NCBI GenBank assembly: GCA_963695095.1
Contig: CAVOFT010000001.1
Coordinates: 416,001 to 480,000 of the forward strand
Direction: 5' to 3'
Origin: an uncultured bacterium
GTDB lineage: Bacteria; Krumholzibacteriota; Krumholzibacteriia; JACNKJ01
DNA length: 64,000 bases
Shown: piece by piece, positions 38,793 to 48,310 of the stretch
Numbering within the stretch: position 1 is the stretch's first letter
Layout of the letters: every line of letters begins with the position of its first letter
Notes under the pieces: generated by a model
Seen by the model: only the letters and a program-made list of their open reading frames with translations
Told to the model about the DNA's origin: nothing
Database searches by the model: none
Translations under genes and position numbers: made by a program

Positions 38793-38940
38793 CTGGCATT
38801 CGACGCGAGGTCGGCTATACTCATCGCGAGAGCAATCCTTGTGAGGGCGCCCCGCGGCGCCGGCGCCGTGGCGCTCCAGCCTGCTGGAAGGGAGCGACAC
38901 GGCGCTTCTGCGTGCGGCGCGTGAGGTGAGGAGCTAGGTC

Positions 38941-39735
38941 ATGCGCATCCCCTACTACGTCGTCGACGCCTTCGCCACCGCCCCCTTCACCGGCAATCCC
39001 GCCGGCGTCTGTCCCCTGGCGACCTGGCTGCCCGACGCCCTGATGCAAGCCATCGCCGCCGAGAACCGCCTCAGCGAGACGGCCTTCTTCGTGCGCGGCG
39101 GCGACCACTTCGCCCTGCGCTGGTTCACGCCCGCCGCCGAGGTGAACCTCTGCGGCCACGCCACGCTGGCCGCGGCCCACGTGATCTTCACCCATCTCGG
39201 CGAGGAGTCGCCGCGCCTGGAGTTCCGCAGCCACAGCGGGCCGCTCTTCGCCGAGCGGCAGGGCAAGCTGATCGCCCTGGACTTTCCGGCCCTGCCGCCG
39301 CGACCCGTTGCGGTGGAGCCGGCGCTCGTCGCCGCGCTCGGCCTCGCGCCCGAGGCGGTCCTGCGCGACGAGGACCTGCTCGCCATCCTGCCCGATGCGG
39401 AGAGCCTGCGCCGTCTCGCCCCGGATCTGGCGGCCGTGGCCGCGCTGGATTGCCGCGGGCTCATCGTCAGCGCGCCGGGCGAGGACTGCGACTTCGTCTC
39501 GCGCTTCTTCGCCCCGGGCGTGGGGGTGCCAGAGGATCCGGTGACGGGCTCGGCCCACAGCGTGCTCACGCCCTACTGGGCCGCGCGCCTGGGCAAGGCG
39601 CGCCTGCACGCGCGCCAGCTCTCGGCCCGCGGCGGCGAGCTCTTCTGCGCTCTGCACGGCGATCGCGTGGAGATCGCGGGCGCGGCCCACGACTACCTGC
39701 AGGGTCAGATCAGCCTGCCCACGGCGCTGCTCTGA
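38941..39735 (+). CDS. PhzF-family isomerase
   Basis: VDAF...F.GNPAGV, SETAF, LRWFTP..EVNLCGHATL, EDPVTGSAH. Confidence 0.95.
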   Translation: MRIPYYVVDAFATAPFTGNPAGVCPLATWLPDALMQAIAAENRLSETAFFVRGGDHFALRWFTPAAEVNLCGHATLAAAHVIFTHLGEESPRLEFRSHSGPLFAERQGKLIALDFPALPPRPVAVEPALVAALGLAPEAVLRDEDLLAILPDAESLRRLAPDLAAVAALDCRGLIVSAPGEDCDFVSRFFAPGVGVPEDPVTGSAHSVLTPYWAARLGKARLHARQLSARGGELFCALHGDRVEIAGAAHDYLQGQISLPTALL

Positions 39736-39821
39736 TCCAGGGCGCCGACCCGCGCGGCTTGATCCCCCGTCCGCCTTCCCGCACAATGGGCGCGGCCCTC
39801 GCCCTGGACAGGGAGCTCGCC

Positions 39822-40235
39822 ATGACCGCCGCGCTCTTCATCCTCTATGTCGCCGACCAGGCCGCCGCGCGGCGCTTCTATGCCCAGGTGCTGGCGCGCG
39901 CGCCGCAGCTCGACGTGCCGGGCATGACGGAGTTCGCCCTGGCCGCGGGCAGCGCGCTCGGCCTCATGCCCGCGGCGGGAATCCGCCGCCTCCTGGGATC
40001 CGCGCTGCCCGATCCCGCCGCTGCGGCCGGCACGCCGCGGGCGGAGCTCTACCTGCGCGTGGCCGACGCCGCCGCCCATCACGCGCGCGCGCTGGCGGCG
40101 GGGGCCGTCGAGCTGAGCGCGCCGGCCCCGCGCGACTGGGGCGAGCAGGTCGCCTACAGCCTCGACCCCGACGGCCACGTGCTGGCCTTCGCGGAGGTCC
40201 ATTCGTTCCCACCGCCCCAGGAGCCGCCCGCATGA
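39822..40235 (+). CDS. VOC/glyoxalase family protein
   Basis: ILYVADQ...FY, DVPGMTEF, RAELYL, RDWG..VAY.LDPDGHVLAF. Confidence 0.88.
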   Translation: MTAALFILYVADQAAARRFYAQVLARAPQLDVPGMTEFALAAGSALGLMPAAGIRRLLGSALPDPAAAAGTPRAELYLRVADAAAHHARALAAGAVELSAPAPRDWGEQVAYSLDPDGHVLAFAEVHSFPPPQEPPA

Positions 40236-40870
40236 GCCGAGAGAAGCCCGCGCCCACGGAGCACCCGGTACTCGAGGCCATTCGCCAGCGCTGGAGCCCG
40301 CGAGCCTTCACGGCCGAGGCCCTGCCTGCCGCCGAGCTGGCCAGTCTCTTCGAGGCGGCGCGCTGGGCGCCCTCATCCTTCAACGAGCAGCCCTGGCGCT
40401 GGCTTCTGGCCGGGCGCGAGGATGCGAATGCCTTCGCTCTCATGCTGAGCTGCCTGGGCGAGTGGAACCAGCGCTGGGCGCGCCGCGCCGGTGCCCTGGC
40501 CCTGGCCGTCACCCGCGAGCGCTTCACGCACAACGACAAGCCGAACCATCACGCCTGGTACGACCTCGGCCAGGCCTGCGCCCTCATGGCCGTGCAGGCG
40601 GCGGTGCTCGGACTCCAGATCCACCAGATGGGGGGCATCGATCCCGAACGCGCGCGGCAGGTCTACGGCGTGCCGGAGGGCTTTCAGGTGGTGACGGGCA
40701 TCGCGATCGGGCGCCAGGGCGATCCGAGCACCCTCGATGACGAGGGCATGCTGAAATCCGAGCTCGAGGCGCGCAAGCGGCGCCCGCTGGCCGAGAGCGT
40801 CTTCGCCGGCCGCTGGGGCGAGCCCCATCCGGCGCTGGCGCCGGGTAACCGCCAGGGAGGCGACCCGTAG
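40232..40870 (+). CDS. Nitroreductase family protein
   Basis: RWSPRAF, EAARWAPSSFNEQPWR, DLG.A, HQMGG. Confidence 0.93.
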   Translation: MSREKPAPTEHPVLEAIRQRWSPRAFTAEALPAAELASLFEAARWAPSSFNEQPWRWLLAGREDANAFALMLSCLGEWNQRWARRAGALALAVTRERFTHNDKPNHHAWYDLGQACALMAVQAAVLGLQIHQMGGIDPERARQVYGVPEGFQVVTGIAIGRQGDPSTLDDEGMLKSELEARKRRPLAESVFAGRWGEPHPALAPGNRQGGDP

Positions 40871-40915
40871 CAGGTCGGTTCCAATGCCATCCAGTTCCCA
40901 TCCGGAGGAAGCGCC

Positions 40916-42655
40916 ATGAAGACGCTCGTCTACTCCTGCCTCGGCACGCTGCTGGCCCTGGCCCTCGTCATCCTGGTCGTGGCCGGGGTCTTCGCCCTCA
41001 AGAGCGCGCGGGGTCCCGACGTGGACAAGGGCGACTGGCTGGTCGTGGACCTCTACGGGGCGCTGCCCGAGTACGACCCGCCGGCCGGGCCGCTGGGCCA
41101 GCTCATGGATGGCGACACGCGCACGCTCACGCGCACGCTGGAAGTGCTCGAGAAGGCCCGCTCGGACAAGCGCATCGCCGGCTTGCTCCTGAAGGTAGGC
41201 CCCAACGGCGCCGGCTGGGCCAGCATCGAGGAACTGCGCGGGGGCATCGCGGCGCTGCGGGCGGCGGGCAAGCCCGCCTTCGCCTGGTCGGACGACCTGA
41301 ATCTCAAGGGCCTCTTCCTCGCCAGCGCCTGCGACTCGATCTTCATGGCGCCGCACGCGGACATGAGCCTGACCGGCGTGCGCTACCAGTCCACCCACGT
41401 GAAGCGCGCCCTGGACAAGCTCGGCATCAAGCCCCAGCTCCACCAGATCAAGGACTACAAGGCTGCCGCCGAACTGCTCCTGCGCGAGGACTCCAGCGAG
41501 GCCGCCAAGGAGAACGACCTCTGGATCCTCGACGAGTTCTGGCGACTGGCGACCGCGGCCTTCGCCGCCGAGCGTGGGCTCACGGAAGCCCAGATCACGG
41601 CGATGATGGAGAAGGCGGTGTTCTCGACTGCCGAGGCCAAGGCGGGGCGACTCATCGACGAGACGGCCTACTTCGACGAGCTGAAGGCCCGGCTGGCCGC
41701 CCGCGACGGCCAGAAGCAGGACGACGAGGGCGAGTTGCCCACCATCGCCGACGGCGCCTACGCCAAGCTGAAGCGCAGCAAGCTGGACCTGGAGGGCAAG
41801 AAGACGATCGCGGTGGTGCACGCGCAGGGCTCGATCGGCGGGCGCAAGAACCGCGTGGATCCCCTGCTCGGCGCAATGATGGGCCACGAGTCGGTGGTGG
41901 CCGACCTGCGCGCCGCCCGCGAGGACGAGGACGTGGTGGCCATCATCTTCCGCGTGGACAGCGGGGGCGGCGAGTCCCTCGCCAGCGGCTTCATCCGCCA
42001 CGAGGTGGCCAGCTGCGCCGCCGCGAAGCCCACGATCTGCTCGATGGTGGACGTGGCCGCCTCCGGCGGCTACATGATCGCCTACCATGCGGACAAGATG
42101 GTGGCCGACGCCTTCACGGTGACCGGCTCCATCGGCTCGATCAGCGGCAAGATGAACACGAAGGGCTTCTTCGAGAAGCTGGGCATCACGCACGATGCCG
42201 TGGAGAAGGGGCCCAACGCCGACTTCTGGTCGGACCAGAAGGACTTCAGTCCCGAGCAGTGGGCGCGCTTCACCGAGGACCACTGGCGCGGTTTCAACGA
42301 GTGGCTGGCCGACGTGGCCGAGAAGCGCGGCATGAGCTTCGCGGAGGCCGAGAAGCTGGCGCACGGGCGTGTCTGGACCGGCACGCAGGCCCTCGAGAAC
42401 GGCCTCATCGACGCCGTGGGCGGCTTCGATGCCGCGTTGGCGCTGGCCAAGGAACTGGCGGAGATCCCGGCCGACGACAAGGTGCGGCTCAAGCACTATC
42501 CCGACGAGCCCGGCCTGCTCGACTTCCTGGGCGGCGGCAACGCGAGCGGCGCCCTGAGCTGGCTCGCCTACCGCTACCTGCGCGAGGACCTGGCCGAGAC
42601 CTGGCGCCTCGTCGAGCAGGGCGTGCTGGGCGGGGCGGTGGCGGTGCCGCGTTGA
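40916..42655 (+). CDS. sppA: Signal peptide peptidase SppA, 67K type
   Basis: N-terminal TM, YK.A.E, RVDSGGG, VAASGGY, TGSIG, GRVWTG.QAL..GLID. Confidence 0.92.
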   Translation: MKTLVYSCLGTLLALALVILVVAGVFALKSARGPDVDKGDWLVVDLYGALPEYDPPAGPLGQLMDGDTRTLTRTLEVLEKARSDKRIAGLLLKVGPNGAGWASIEELRGGIAALRAAGKPAFAWSDDLNLKGLFLASACDSIFMAPHADMSLTGVRYQSTHVKRALDKLGIKPQLHQIKDYKAAAELLLREDSSEAAKENDLWILDEFWRLATAAFAAERGLTEAQITAMMEKAVFSTAEAKAGRLIDETAYFDELKARLAARDGQKQDDEGELPTIADGAYAKLKRSKLDLEGKKTIAVVHAQGSIGGRKNRVDPLLGAMMGHESVVADLRAAREDEDVVAIIFRVDSGGGESLASGFIRHEVASCAAAKPTICSMVDVAASGGYMIAYHADKMVADAFTVTGSIGSISGKMNTKGFFEKLGITHDAVEKGPNADFWSDQKDFSPEQWARFTEDHWRGFNEWLADVAEKRGMSFAEAEKLAHGRVWTGTQALENGLIDAVGGFDAALALAKELAEIPADDKVRLKHYPDEPGLLDFLGGGNASGALSWLAYRYLREDLAETWRLVEQGVLGGAVAVPR

Positions 42656-43242
42656 GCCCGCGGGCGAAGGCGACGCGCCCGACCGTACCGCGCATCCTGC
42701 CGCTCACCAAGGAGCGCTGGGCCGATTTCGAGGCCCTCTTCGGCCCGCGCGGTGCCTGCGGCGGCTGCTGGTGCATGTGGTGGCGGCTGAAGCGCGCGGA
42801 CTGGGAGCGCGGTCAGGGCGCGGGCAACAAGCAGGCGATGAAGAAGCTGGTGGCCGGCGGTGCGGTGCCCGGGCTCATCGCCTACCTGGGTGAGGAGCCG
42901 GTGGGCTGGGTGTCCATCGGCCCGCGCGAGGACTACCCCGTGCTCGGCCGCTCGCCCGTGCTCAAGCCGGTGGACGACACACCGGTCTGGTCGGTGGTCT
43001 GCTTCTTCATTCGCCGCGAGCACCGGCGCCAGGGTCTGAGCCGCGCGCTCATTGCCGCGGCCAAGAAGCACGCCAAGGCGGGCGGCGCCCGCTGGCTCGA
43101 GGCCTATCCCACGGAGCCGAAGAAGAGCGAGGTGCCGGACATCTACGCCTTCACCGGCGTGCCGGCGATGTTCACCGCCGCCGGCTTCAAGGAGATCGCG
43201 CGGCGCTCGCCGACGCGGCCGATCCTGCGCTGCAAGCTGTAG
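42652..43242 (+). CDS. GNAT family acetyltransferase (intact copy)
   Basis: TTG overlapping sppA stop; LFG.RGACGGCWCMWWR, PVGW, W.VVCFFI, R.QG, EAYP. Confidence 0.9.
   Translation: MSPRAKATRPTVPRILPLTKERWADFEALFGPRGACGGCWCMWWRLKRADWERGQGAGNKQAMKKLVAGGAVPGLIAYLGEEPVGWVSIGPREDYPVLGRSPVLKPVDDTPVWSVVCFFIRREHRRQGLSRALIAAAKKHAKAGGARWLEAYPTEPKKSEVPDIYAFTGVPAMFTAAGFKEIARRSPTRPILRCKL
42780..43242 (+). repeat. Left copy of ~460-bp direct repeat flanking the ISCR island
   Basis: About 30 mismatches (manual count) versus 46536-46998. Confidence 0.95.
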
Positions 43243-45268
43243 GCGACAAGCCGAGTTCTCTCCCGCGCAGGATTGAGGGGCCGGCCCGAAGGCCGACCCC
43301 TCGCGCGTATCCGCATCACAGTGCCTCTGTGGGGTGTGCTGCACCTCAAGCAAGGGCTGGGCCTTCCCGAGCCCAGGCGCAAACGGGGTCAACACTGTGG
43401 CTTGTGGAGAGAGCTTGAGCGCCGGCCGCTCGCGAGGCGACGGCCGGCCGGACGCTGCGGCGGTGCAAGGTTGCTGTCAAGGCTACTTGTTGGCACGACT
43501 CTCGATACACCAGCCTTGGACTGATCCGCCCGCCGCCGCCACTCCCCCCCGGGGAACTCTTGCCCGCCCACTCTACAGGCCGGGCCAGCGCTCCGAAGCC
43601 TGGGCTCTACCGCCCTCGGCGCACGGAGCAAAGCCTTCTGCACCGCTTGGTGCGGGAGCACCTGGAGACCTTCCTCGACTTGGCTCGGCGGGACGACGCC
43701 GAGTTCGATCCGGTTCCCGCCTTCGTCGAGCGCAGCTTCCGCAAGTACCTGGAGTGCGGCGTCCTGGCCCACGGCTTTGCCCGCGTTCGCTGCGGACGCT
43801 GCGGTTACGACTTTCTCGTAGCCTTCTCCTGCCGCACGCGGGGCCTGTGCCCGAGCTGCGACACGCGCCGGATGGTGGAGACGGCGGCGGCCCTGACCGA
43901 TCAGGTTCTGCCGCGCGTGCCCATTCGCCAGTGGGTGCTCTCCCTGCCCAAGCGGGTGCGCTGGTACCTTCGCCACCGGCCTGAGACCCTGAGTCCGGTG
44001 CTCGGCATCTTTCTGCGGGCGGTCGAGACGGCTGTTCGCCAGGCCAGCCCAGAGGCGCCGGCCGGTGCCCGCTTCGGGGCGGTGGCCTTCGTCCATCACT
44101 TCGGCGCCGCGCTGAACGGGCACACCCACTTCCACTGCCTGATCACCGATGGCCTCTTCGCCGCGACACCCACAGGCGAGGCGGTCTTCTACGCGGCTGG
44201 GCCAACGGATGCTGCCCGCGTGCAAGCGCAGGTGCGCCGCCGCGTGCTGGCCTGGTTGGTCCGCCATGGCTACATGGAGCCGGAAGCCGCGGCCACCATG
44301 CTCGCCTGGCGGCACAGCGGCGGTTTCTCGGTGGACGCTTCGGTGCGTCTCGCTGCCTGGGACCGCCAGGGCCTGGAGCGCCTGGCCCGCTACTGCGCGC
44401 GACCGAGCTTCAGCAGCGCGCGCCTGGATCGGCTGAGTGCCGATACGGTGGCGTATCGGCTGAAGAAGCCTCTCGCCGATGGGCGCACCTGCCTCTACCT
44501 CGCGCCGCTGGAGCTGCTGGCGCGCCTGGCGGCGCTGATCCCGCCGCCCGGCAGCATCGCACGCGCTATCACGGCGTGCTCGCTCCGCACGCGCGCCTGC
44601 GCTCGGCGGTGGTCGCGACGGCGGGCCCGAGCGAAGCGCTGGCCTGCCGGCTGCGGCAGGCAGCGGCGCGCATGGAGCTGGCTAGCGACGGCGAGTTGCC
44701 GGCGCCGGAGCCGCCGCCATCCATGCGCACGGTGCGCTACGCCTGGGCGATGCTGCTGGCGCGCATCTACGAGGTGCTGCCTCTGGTCTGCCCGCGCTGC
44801 GGTGGCGCCATGCGAATCGTCGCGTTCGTGACGGAGCAGGCCTCGGTGCGGCGCATCCTCGAGCACGTGGGGGAAGCCGCGAGGCCCTCACCGCTGTCGC
44901 CCTCGCGGGCGCCGCCGTGGGCGGAGTTCGCATGGGAGGGGGGTGGCGATGGCGACCTCGACCAGCGGACGGCCTTTGCCGACGAGCCCTGGTAGCCGGT
45001 CTGCGCTGTGCGCGCGGGGACGGAGTCCGCACGCGGCGTGTGCTCGCGAGCGCCTCGGCGTCGGTGGAATGATAGCTCCCTCGCGGACACGCCCTCACCC
45101 TGGCCCCACCCGCGGCGCCTGACGCCGCCGGGTGACAGCACCACGCTCATGTTGGCGCTTGCGTTGACAGGCGCTAGGGCCAGGCGCATACTCGAAGCTG
45201 CCCGAGAGAACACGACGGGGGGTATGGCCAAGCGCGCGGCACCGGGAGTGGCCTTGAAATGCCTGTCC
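43243..45268 (+). mobile_element. IS91/ISCR-like element; oriIS-like end at 45251-45268; left end undefined
   Basis: Transposase followed ~255 bp later by GCCTTGAAATGCCTGTCC, similar to the ISCR oriIS pattern TTGAA.TTCCTAT.C; composition changes right after it. Confidence 0.75.
43560..44995 (+). CDS. IS91/ISCR-family rolling-circle (HUH) transposase; frameshift near 44550
   Basis: YL.CG..HGFARVRC..C, AFSC..RG.CPSC, RQWVLS.P, H.FG..LN.HTHFH, HSGGFSVD, RLARYCARP; after the shift RYHGVLAP, WA.LL.RIY...PL.CP.CG..M. Confidence 0.92.
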
Positions 45269-45302
45269 GCGGACGCTGGCGCCCCATTTTGCGCTGTGGG
45301 GC

Positions 45303-45725
45303 TTGTTCCTTGCCGCAACCGGTGCCGGGCCCGCCCAGAACTTCTCGATCGACTGGCACACCATCGACGGGGGCGGGGGCACCGGCACGGGCGGAGCGTA
45401 TTCGGTCAGAGGCACCATCGGCCAGCCCGATGCCGGCGTGATGAGCGGCGGCAACTACACACTGACCGGCGGCTTCTGGGGGATGATCGCGGCGGTGCAA
45501 ACGCCCGGCGCGCCGTTACTCTCGGTGTTCCACTCGGCCACCAACACGGTGGCCGTGACGTGGCCCTCACCTTCGACGGGTTGGACGTTGCAGCTGGACA
45601 CCAACAGCGTCAGTTCGGCAAACTGGTCCAACGTGACCAGCGGGATTAACGACGACGGCACGGCCAAGACGCTGATCGTCAGTCCGCCCGCCGGCAAACG
45701 GTTCTATCGGTTGTTTAACCCGTGA
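45303..45725 (+). CDS. Secreted small protein of Verrucomicrobia/PVC-like type, 5' end truncated at oriIS
   Basis: AQNFSIDWHTIDGGGG.GTGG.YS..GTIGQPDAG..SGGNY.L.GGFW, C-terminal W..GW.LQ...W...RFYRL; no RBS or full signal peptide. Confidence 0.7.
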   Translation: MFLAATGAGPAQNFSIDWHTIDGGGGTGTGGAYSVRGTIGQPDAGVMSGGNYTLTGGFWGMIAAVQTPGAPLLSVFHSATNTVAVTWPSPSTGWTLQLDTNSVSSANWSNVTSGINDDGTAKTLIVSPPAGKRFYRLFNP

Positions 45726-45769
45726 ATCACGCGTTCGCCGCCACACTGGCTGCCGGAGCACCAGCGAAT

Positions 45770-46132
45770 ATGCGCCTATCCACGATCATTCTTCTCACCG
45801 CCTTCGGTTTGCTGATCGTCAGCGCCATTATGGGGAACTACCTGGAATCCTCCGGGATCATGACCCGGGAGAAGTTGGGTGCCCGAGGCGTGGCGGCAGT
45901 CATGGTGTTCTACTTTGGGTTGTTCTGCGCGATCGCCTTCTCCGCCGTGCCGCTCCTTCTGCGTTTTTTCCTCGCGGGTCAGGTTATAGCCGGCAATGCC
46001 GAGCAACCCAGCATCAGTTGGCTCCAAGCCCATGAGCAAACGATCGTTTACGCGGTCTGGGGCGTCTTTGCCGCCGGACTGGTCATCGCGTTTGTCCTCG
46101 CCAGGGACAAGATATCTACCCTGCTCAGGTAA
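45770..46132 (+). CDS. Hypothetical three-TM membrane protein (ISCR cargo)
   Basis: Three hydrophobic helices; lower-GC codon usage. Confidence 0.7.
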   Translation: MRLSTIILLTAFGLLIVSAIMGNYLESSGIMTREKLGARGVAAVMVFYFGLFCAIAFSAVPLLLRFFLAGQVIAGNAEQPSISWLQAHEQTIVYAVWGVFAAGLVIAFVLARDKISTLLR

Positions 46133-46136
46133 TCCC

Positions 46137-46436
46137 ATGGAATGTCAGCAGTGCCATCGGGTCTTTCGGGATGAAGAACGCGTGGCCTCGATCTCGGGTA
46201 GCATCATGGGCGATGAACACACCGACGTTTATTCCCTCTGCCCCGCGTGCGGCCATTACACGGTTGCGCAATGGTGGGACAACTTCACGGGAGAGGAAAC
46301 CGTGAACGTCTCCGGGCCACTGACGCGAGTGGAGGGCGACCGGCGGATCGCGGTGATCCGAAGATGTTTGCAGCCGTGGGACAAGAAATGCCGCTGCGAA
46401 GCCCACCGTGAGTATTTCAATGACACGCTGGACTGA
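46137..46436 (+). CDS. Small Cys-rich putative metal-binding protein (ISCR cargo)
   Basis: CQQC...CPAC...C.QPWDKKCRCEAH; ATG 4 nt after previous stop. Confidence 0.7.
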   Translation: MECQQCHRVFRDEERVASISGSIMGDEHTDVYSLCPACGHYTVAQWWDNFTGEETVNVSGPLTRVEGDRRIAVIRRCLQPWDKKCRCEAHREYFNDTLD

Positions 46437-46535
46437 CCGTATGCATTCCCAAACCACTCGGCCAACATGATGCGCATATTGCTGCCGCTGTTCGTCCTCT
46501 TCTTCCTTCTGCTCCTCGGGGTGGCGGTTTGCCAA

Positions 46536-46998
46536 GTGCCGGCTGAGGCGCGCCGACTGGGAGCGCGGCCAGGGCGCGGGCAACAAGTAGGCGATGAAGA
46601 AGCTGGTGGCGGGCGGCGCGGTGCCCGGCCTCATCGCCTACGTCGGCGATGAGCCGGTGGGCTGGGTGTTGGTGGGACCGCGCGAGGACTACTCCGTGCT
46701 CGGGCGCTCGCCCGTGCTCAAGCCGGTGGACGACACGCCGGTCTGGTCGCTGGTCTGCTTCTTCATTCGCCGCGAGCACCGGCGCCAGGGTCTGAGCCGC
46801 GCGCTCATTGCCGCGGCCAAGAAGCACGCCAAGGCGGGCGGCACCCGCTGGCTCGAGGCCTATCCCACGGAGCCGAAGAAGGCCGAGGTGCCGGACATCT
46901 ACGCCTTCACGGGCGTGCCGGCGATGTTCAACGCCGCGGGCTTCAAAGAGATCGCCCGCCGCTCGCCGACGCGGCCGATCCTGCGCTGCAAGCTGTAG
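46536..46998 (+). pseudogene. 5'-truncated second copy of the GNAT gene with CAG>TAG nonsense change
   Basis: Direct repeat of 42780-43242; fused to a broken cargo ORF (MMRILLPLF..., from 46467). Confidence 0.9.
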
Positions 46999-47097
46999 TC
47001 ATCCTGCCCGATGGGCGCACGCGCCTCCACCATTGCGGCCGGGCCTCCCCCGTGGAAGAATGCCCCGACGGCTGCCCGCCGTCCGGGGAGGCCTTCG

Positions 47098-47787
47098 GTG
47101 ACCAAGGATCTCTACGATCGCATCTGGGATGGCAAGTCGGCACCCGCGGCGGCGGTCCCCGAGCCGGGCTCGCGCGCGGACGTCGCGGGCGGCCGGCTGG
47201 GCAAGGGCGAGTTCGCCATCGAGATCGGCTGCGGTGAGGGCTCCTTCGGCGCGGTGATTGCCGGCGCCTATCGGCGCTACGCCGGCTTCGACATCTCGGA
47301 GCGCGCGGTGGGCAGGGCCCGCGCCCGCGGCCTTGATGCGCGAGCGCACGACATCGGCCAGGGTCCGCTGCCCGTGGCGACCGGCAGCGCCGATCTCGTG
47401 GTGGCCCTCGACGTGCTCGAGCACGTCTTCGATCCACCCAGCTTTCTCGCCGAGTGCGCCCGCGTGCTCGGTCCCGGCGGTCGCCTGCTGCTCAGCACGC
47501 CCAACATCCGCAGCCTGCCCCGTCTGGCCACCCTGGCGCTCCGCGGCCGCTTTCCGCGCACTTCCAGCGATCCGGGCTACGATGGCGGCCACCTGCACTA
47601 CTTCACGAGCCGCGACCTCGCCGGCCTGGCCGCGGCCGCCGGGTTGCAGCCCCTGCGCCGCCTCGGCGTCTGGCCGCGCGGCGGCCATCATGCCCGCCTC
47701 AAGCGGATTCTCGCCGCCGTCCTGCCGGCGGCCTGGGTCCGTGAATGGCTCGCTCCTGGAATCTTCATCGAAGCGCGGAAGCCCTAG
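47098..47787 (+). CDS. Class I SAM-dependent methyltransferase
   Basis: EIGCGEG, GFDIS, DVLEHV.DP, RVL.PGG.L..STPN, HLHYFT; GGGGAGG RBS. Confidence 0.9.
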   Translation: MTKDLYDRIWDGKSAPAAAVPEPGSRADVAGGRLGKGEFAIEIGCGEGSFGAVIAGAYRRYAGFDISERAVGRARARGLDARAHDIGQGPLPVATGSADLVVALDVLEHVFDPPSFLAECARVLGPGGRLLLSTPNIRSLPRLATLALRGRFPRTSSDPGYDGGHLHYFTSRDLAGLAAAAGLQPLRRLGVWPRGGHHARLKRILAAVLPAAWVREWLAPGIFIEARKP

Positions 47788-48227
47788 GACCGCCGCCGGC
47801 CGCCGCGACCCGAGTGCCGGGCTCGCCGCGTCCTCAGGCAGGGATTCGACTCGGTTGGTGGCACCGGTTCGAATCGACCGGCCCTGGAAGTGGCTTTGAA
47901 CTGCCGATCCGTCATCGACGATGGTGTCGCATGGGTCCCGATCACGGGCCAGCACGGGGGGCGCTCGGAGGTCATCCCGCCTCTCCTCGGTTCGGCAAGC
48001 AAATGGGGGCCTGCCGACTGGCAGGCCCCCGCGCGTATCCCCATCGAAGAGCCTCTAGGGGGGCATACCTGATCTACCGCAATGGGCGTGCCGTCTCGGG
48101 GAATGTTGTAATTTACATGGATTCAGCCAATTGAGATGGGTGCGGCAAGCCTGTGGCGCCGGTTCTCCGGACACAGCGGCGGCCGGCGCTCGCCTTGCTG
48201 GTTCCGCCTACGCCCCGGAAGCGGCGC

Positions 48228-48256
48228 TTGACAGCTATACGAATGGCTAGTAGTCT
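48228..48256 (+). promoter_or_regulatory. Sigma70 promoter TTGACA-N17-TAGTCT with 16-bp palindromic operator candidate in the spacer
   Basis: Perfect -35; spacer contains CTATACGAATGGCTAG (48235-48250). Confidence 0.8.
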
Positions 48257-48310
48257 CCGGCCCCGGCGGCGGTCCTCCCCCGAACGCCAAATCGTGCCGG
48301 AGGTCCTGCC

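Noticed and set aside
38815..38830. Third copy of the CTATAC-N4 operator upstream of the PhzF gene
   Set aside because: CTATACT here is simply the -10 hexamer, and the right half (CGCGAG) matches poorly.
46137..46160. Cytochrome c (CQQCH)
   Set aside because: No export signal, motif at the extreme N-terminus and paired with a second CxxC; a zinc site is more likely.
47830..47885. tRNA or tmRNA (GGATTCGAC and GGTTCGAATC motifs)
   Set aside because: Flanks do not form a T-arm or acceptor stem; no cloverleaf or GGGG 5' end. The 47790-48220 gap remains unexplained.
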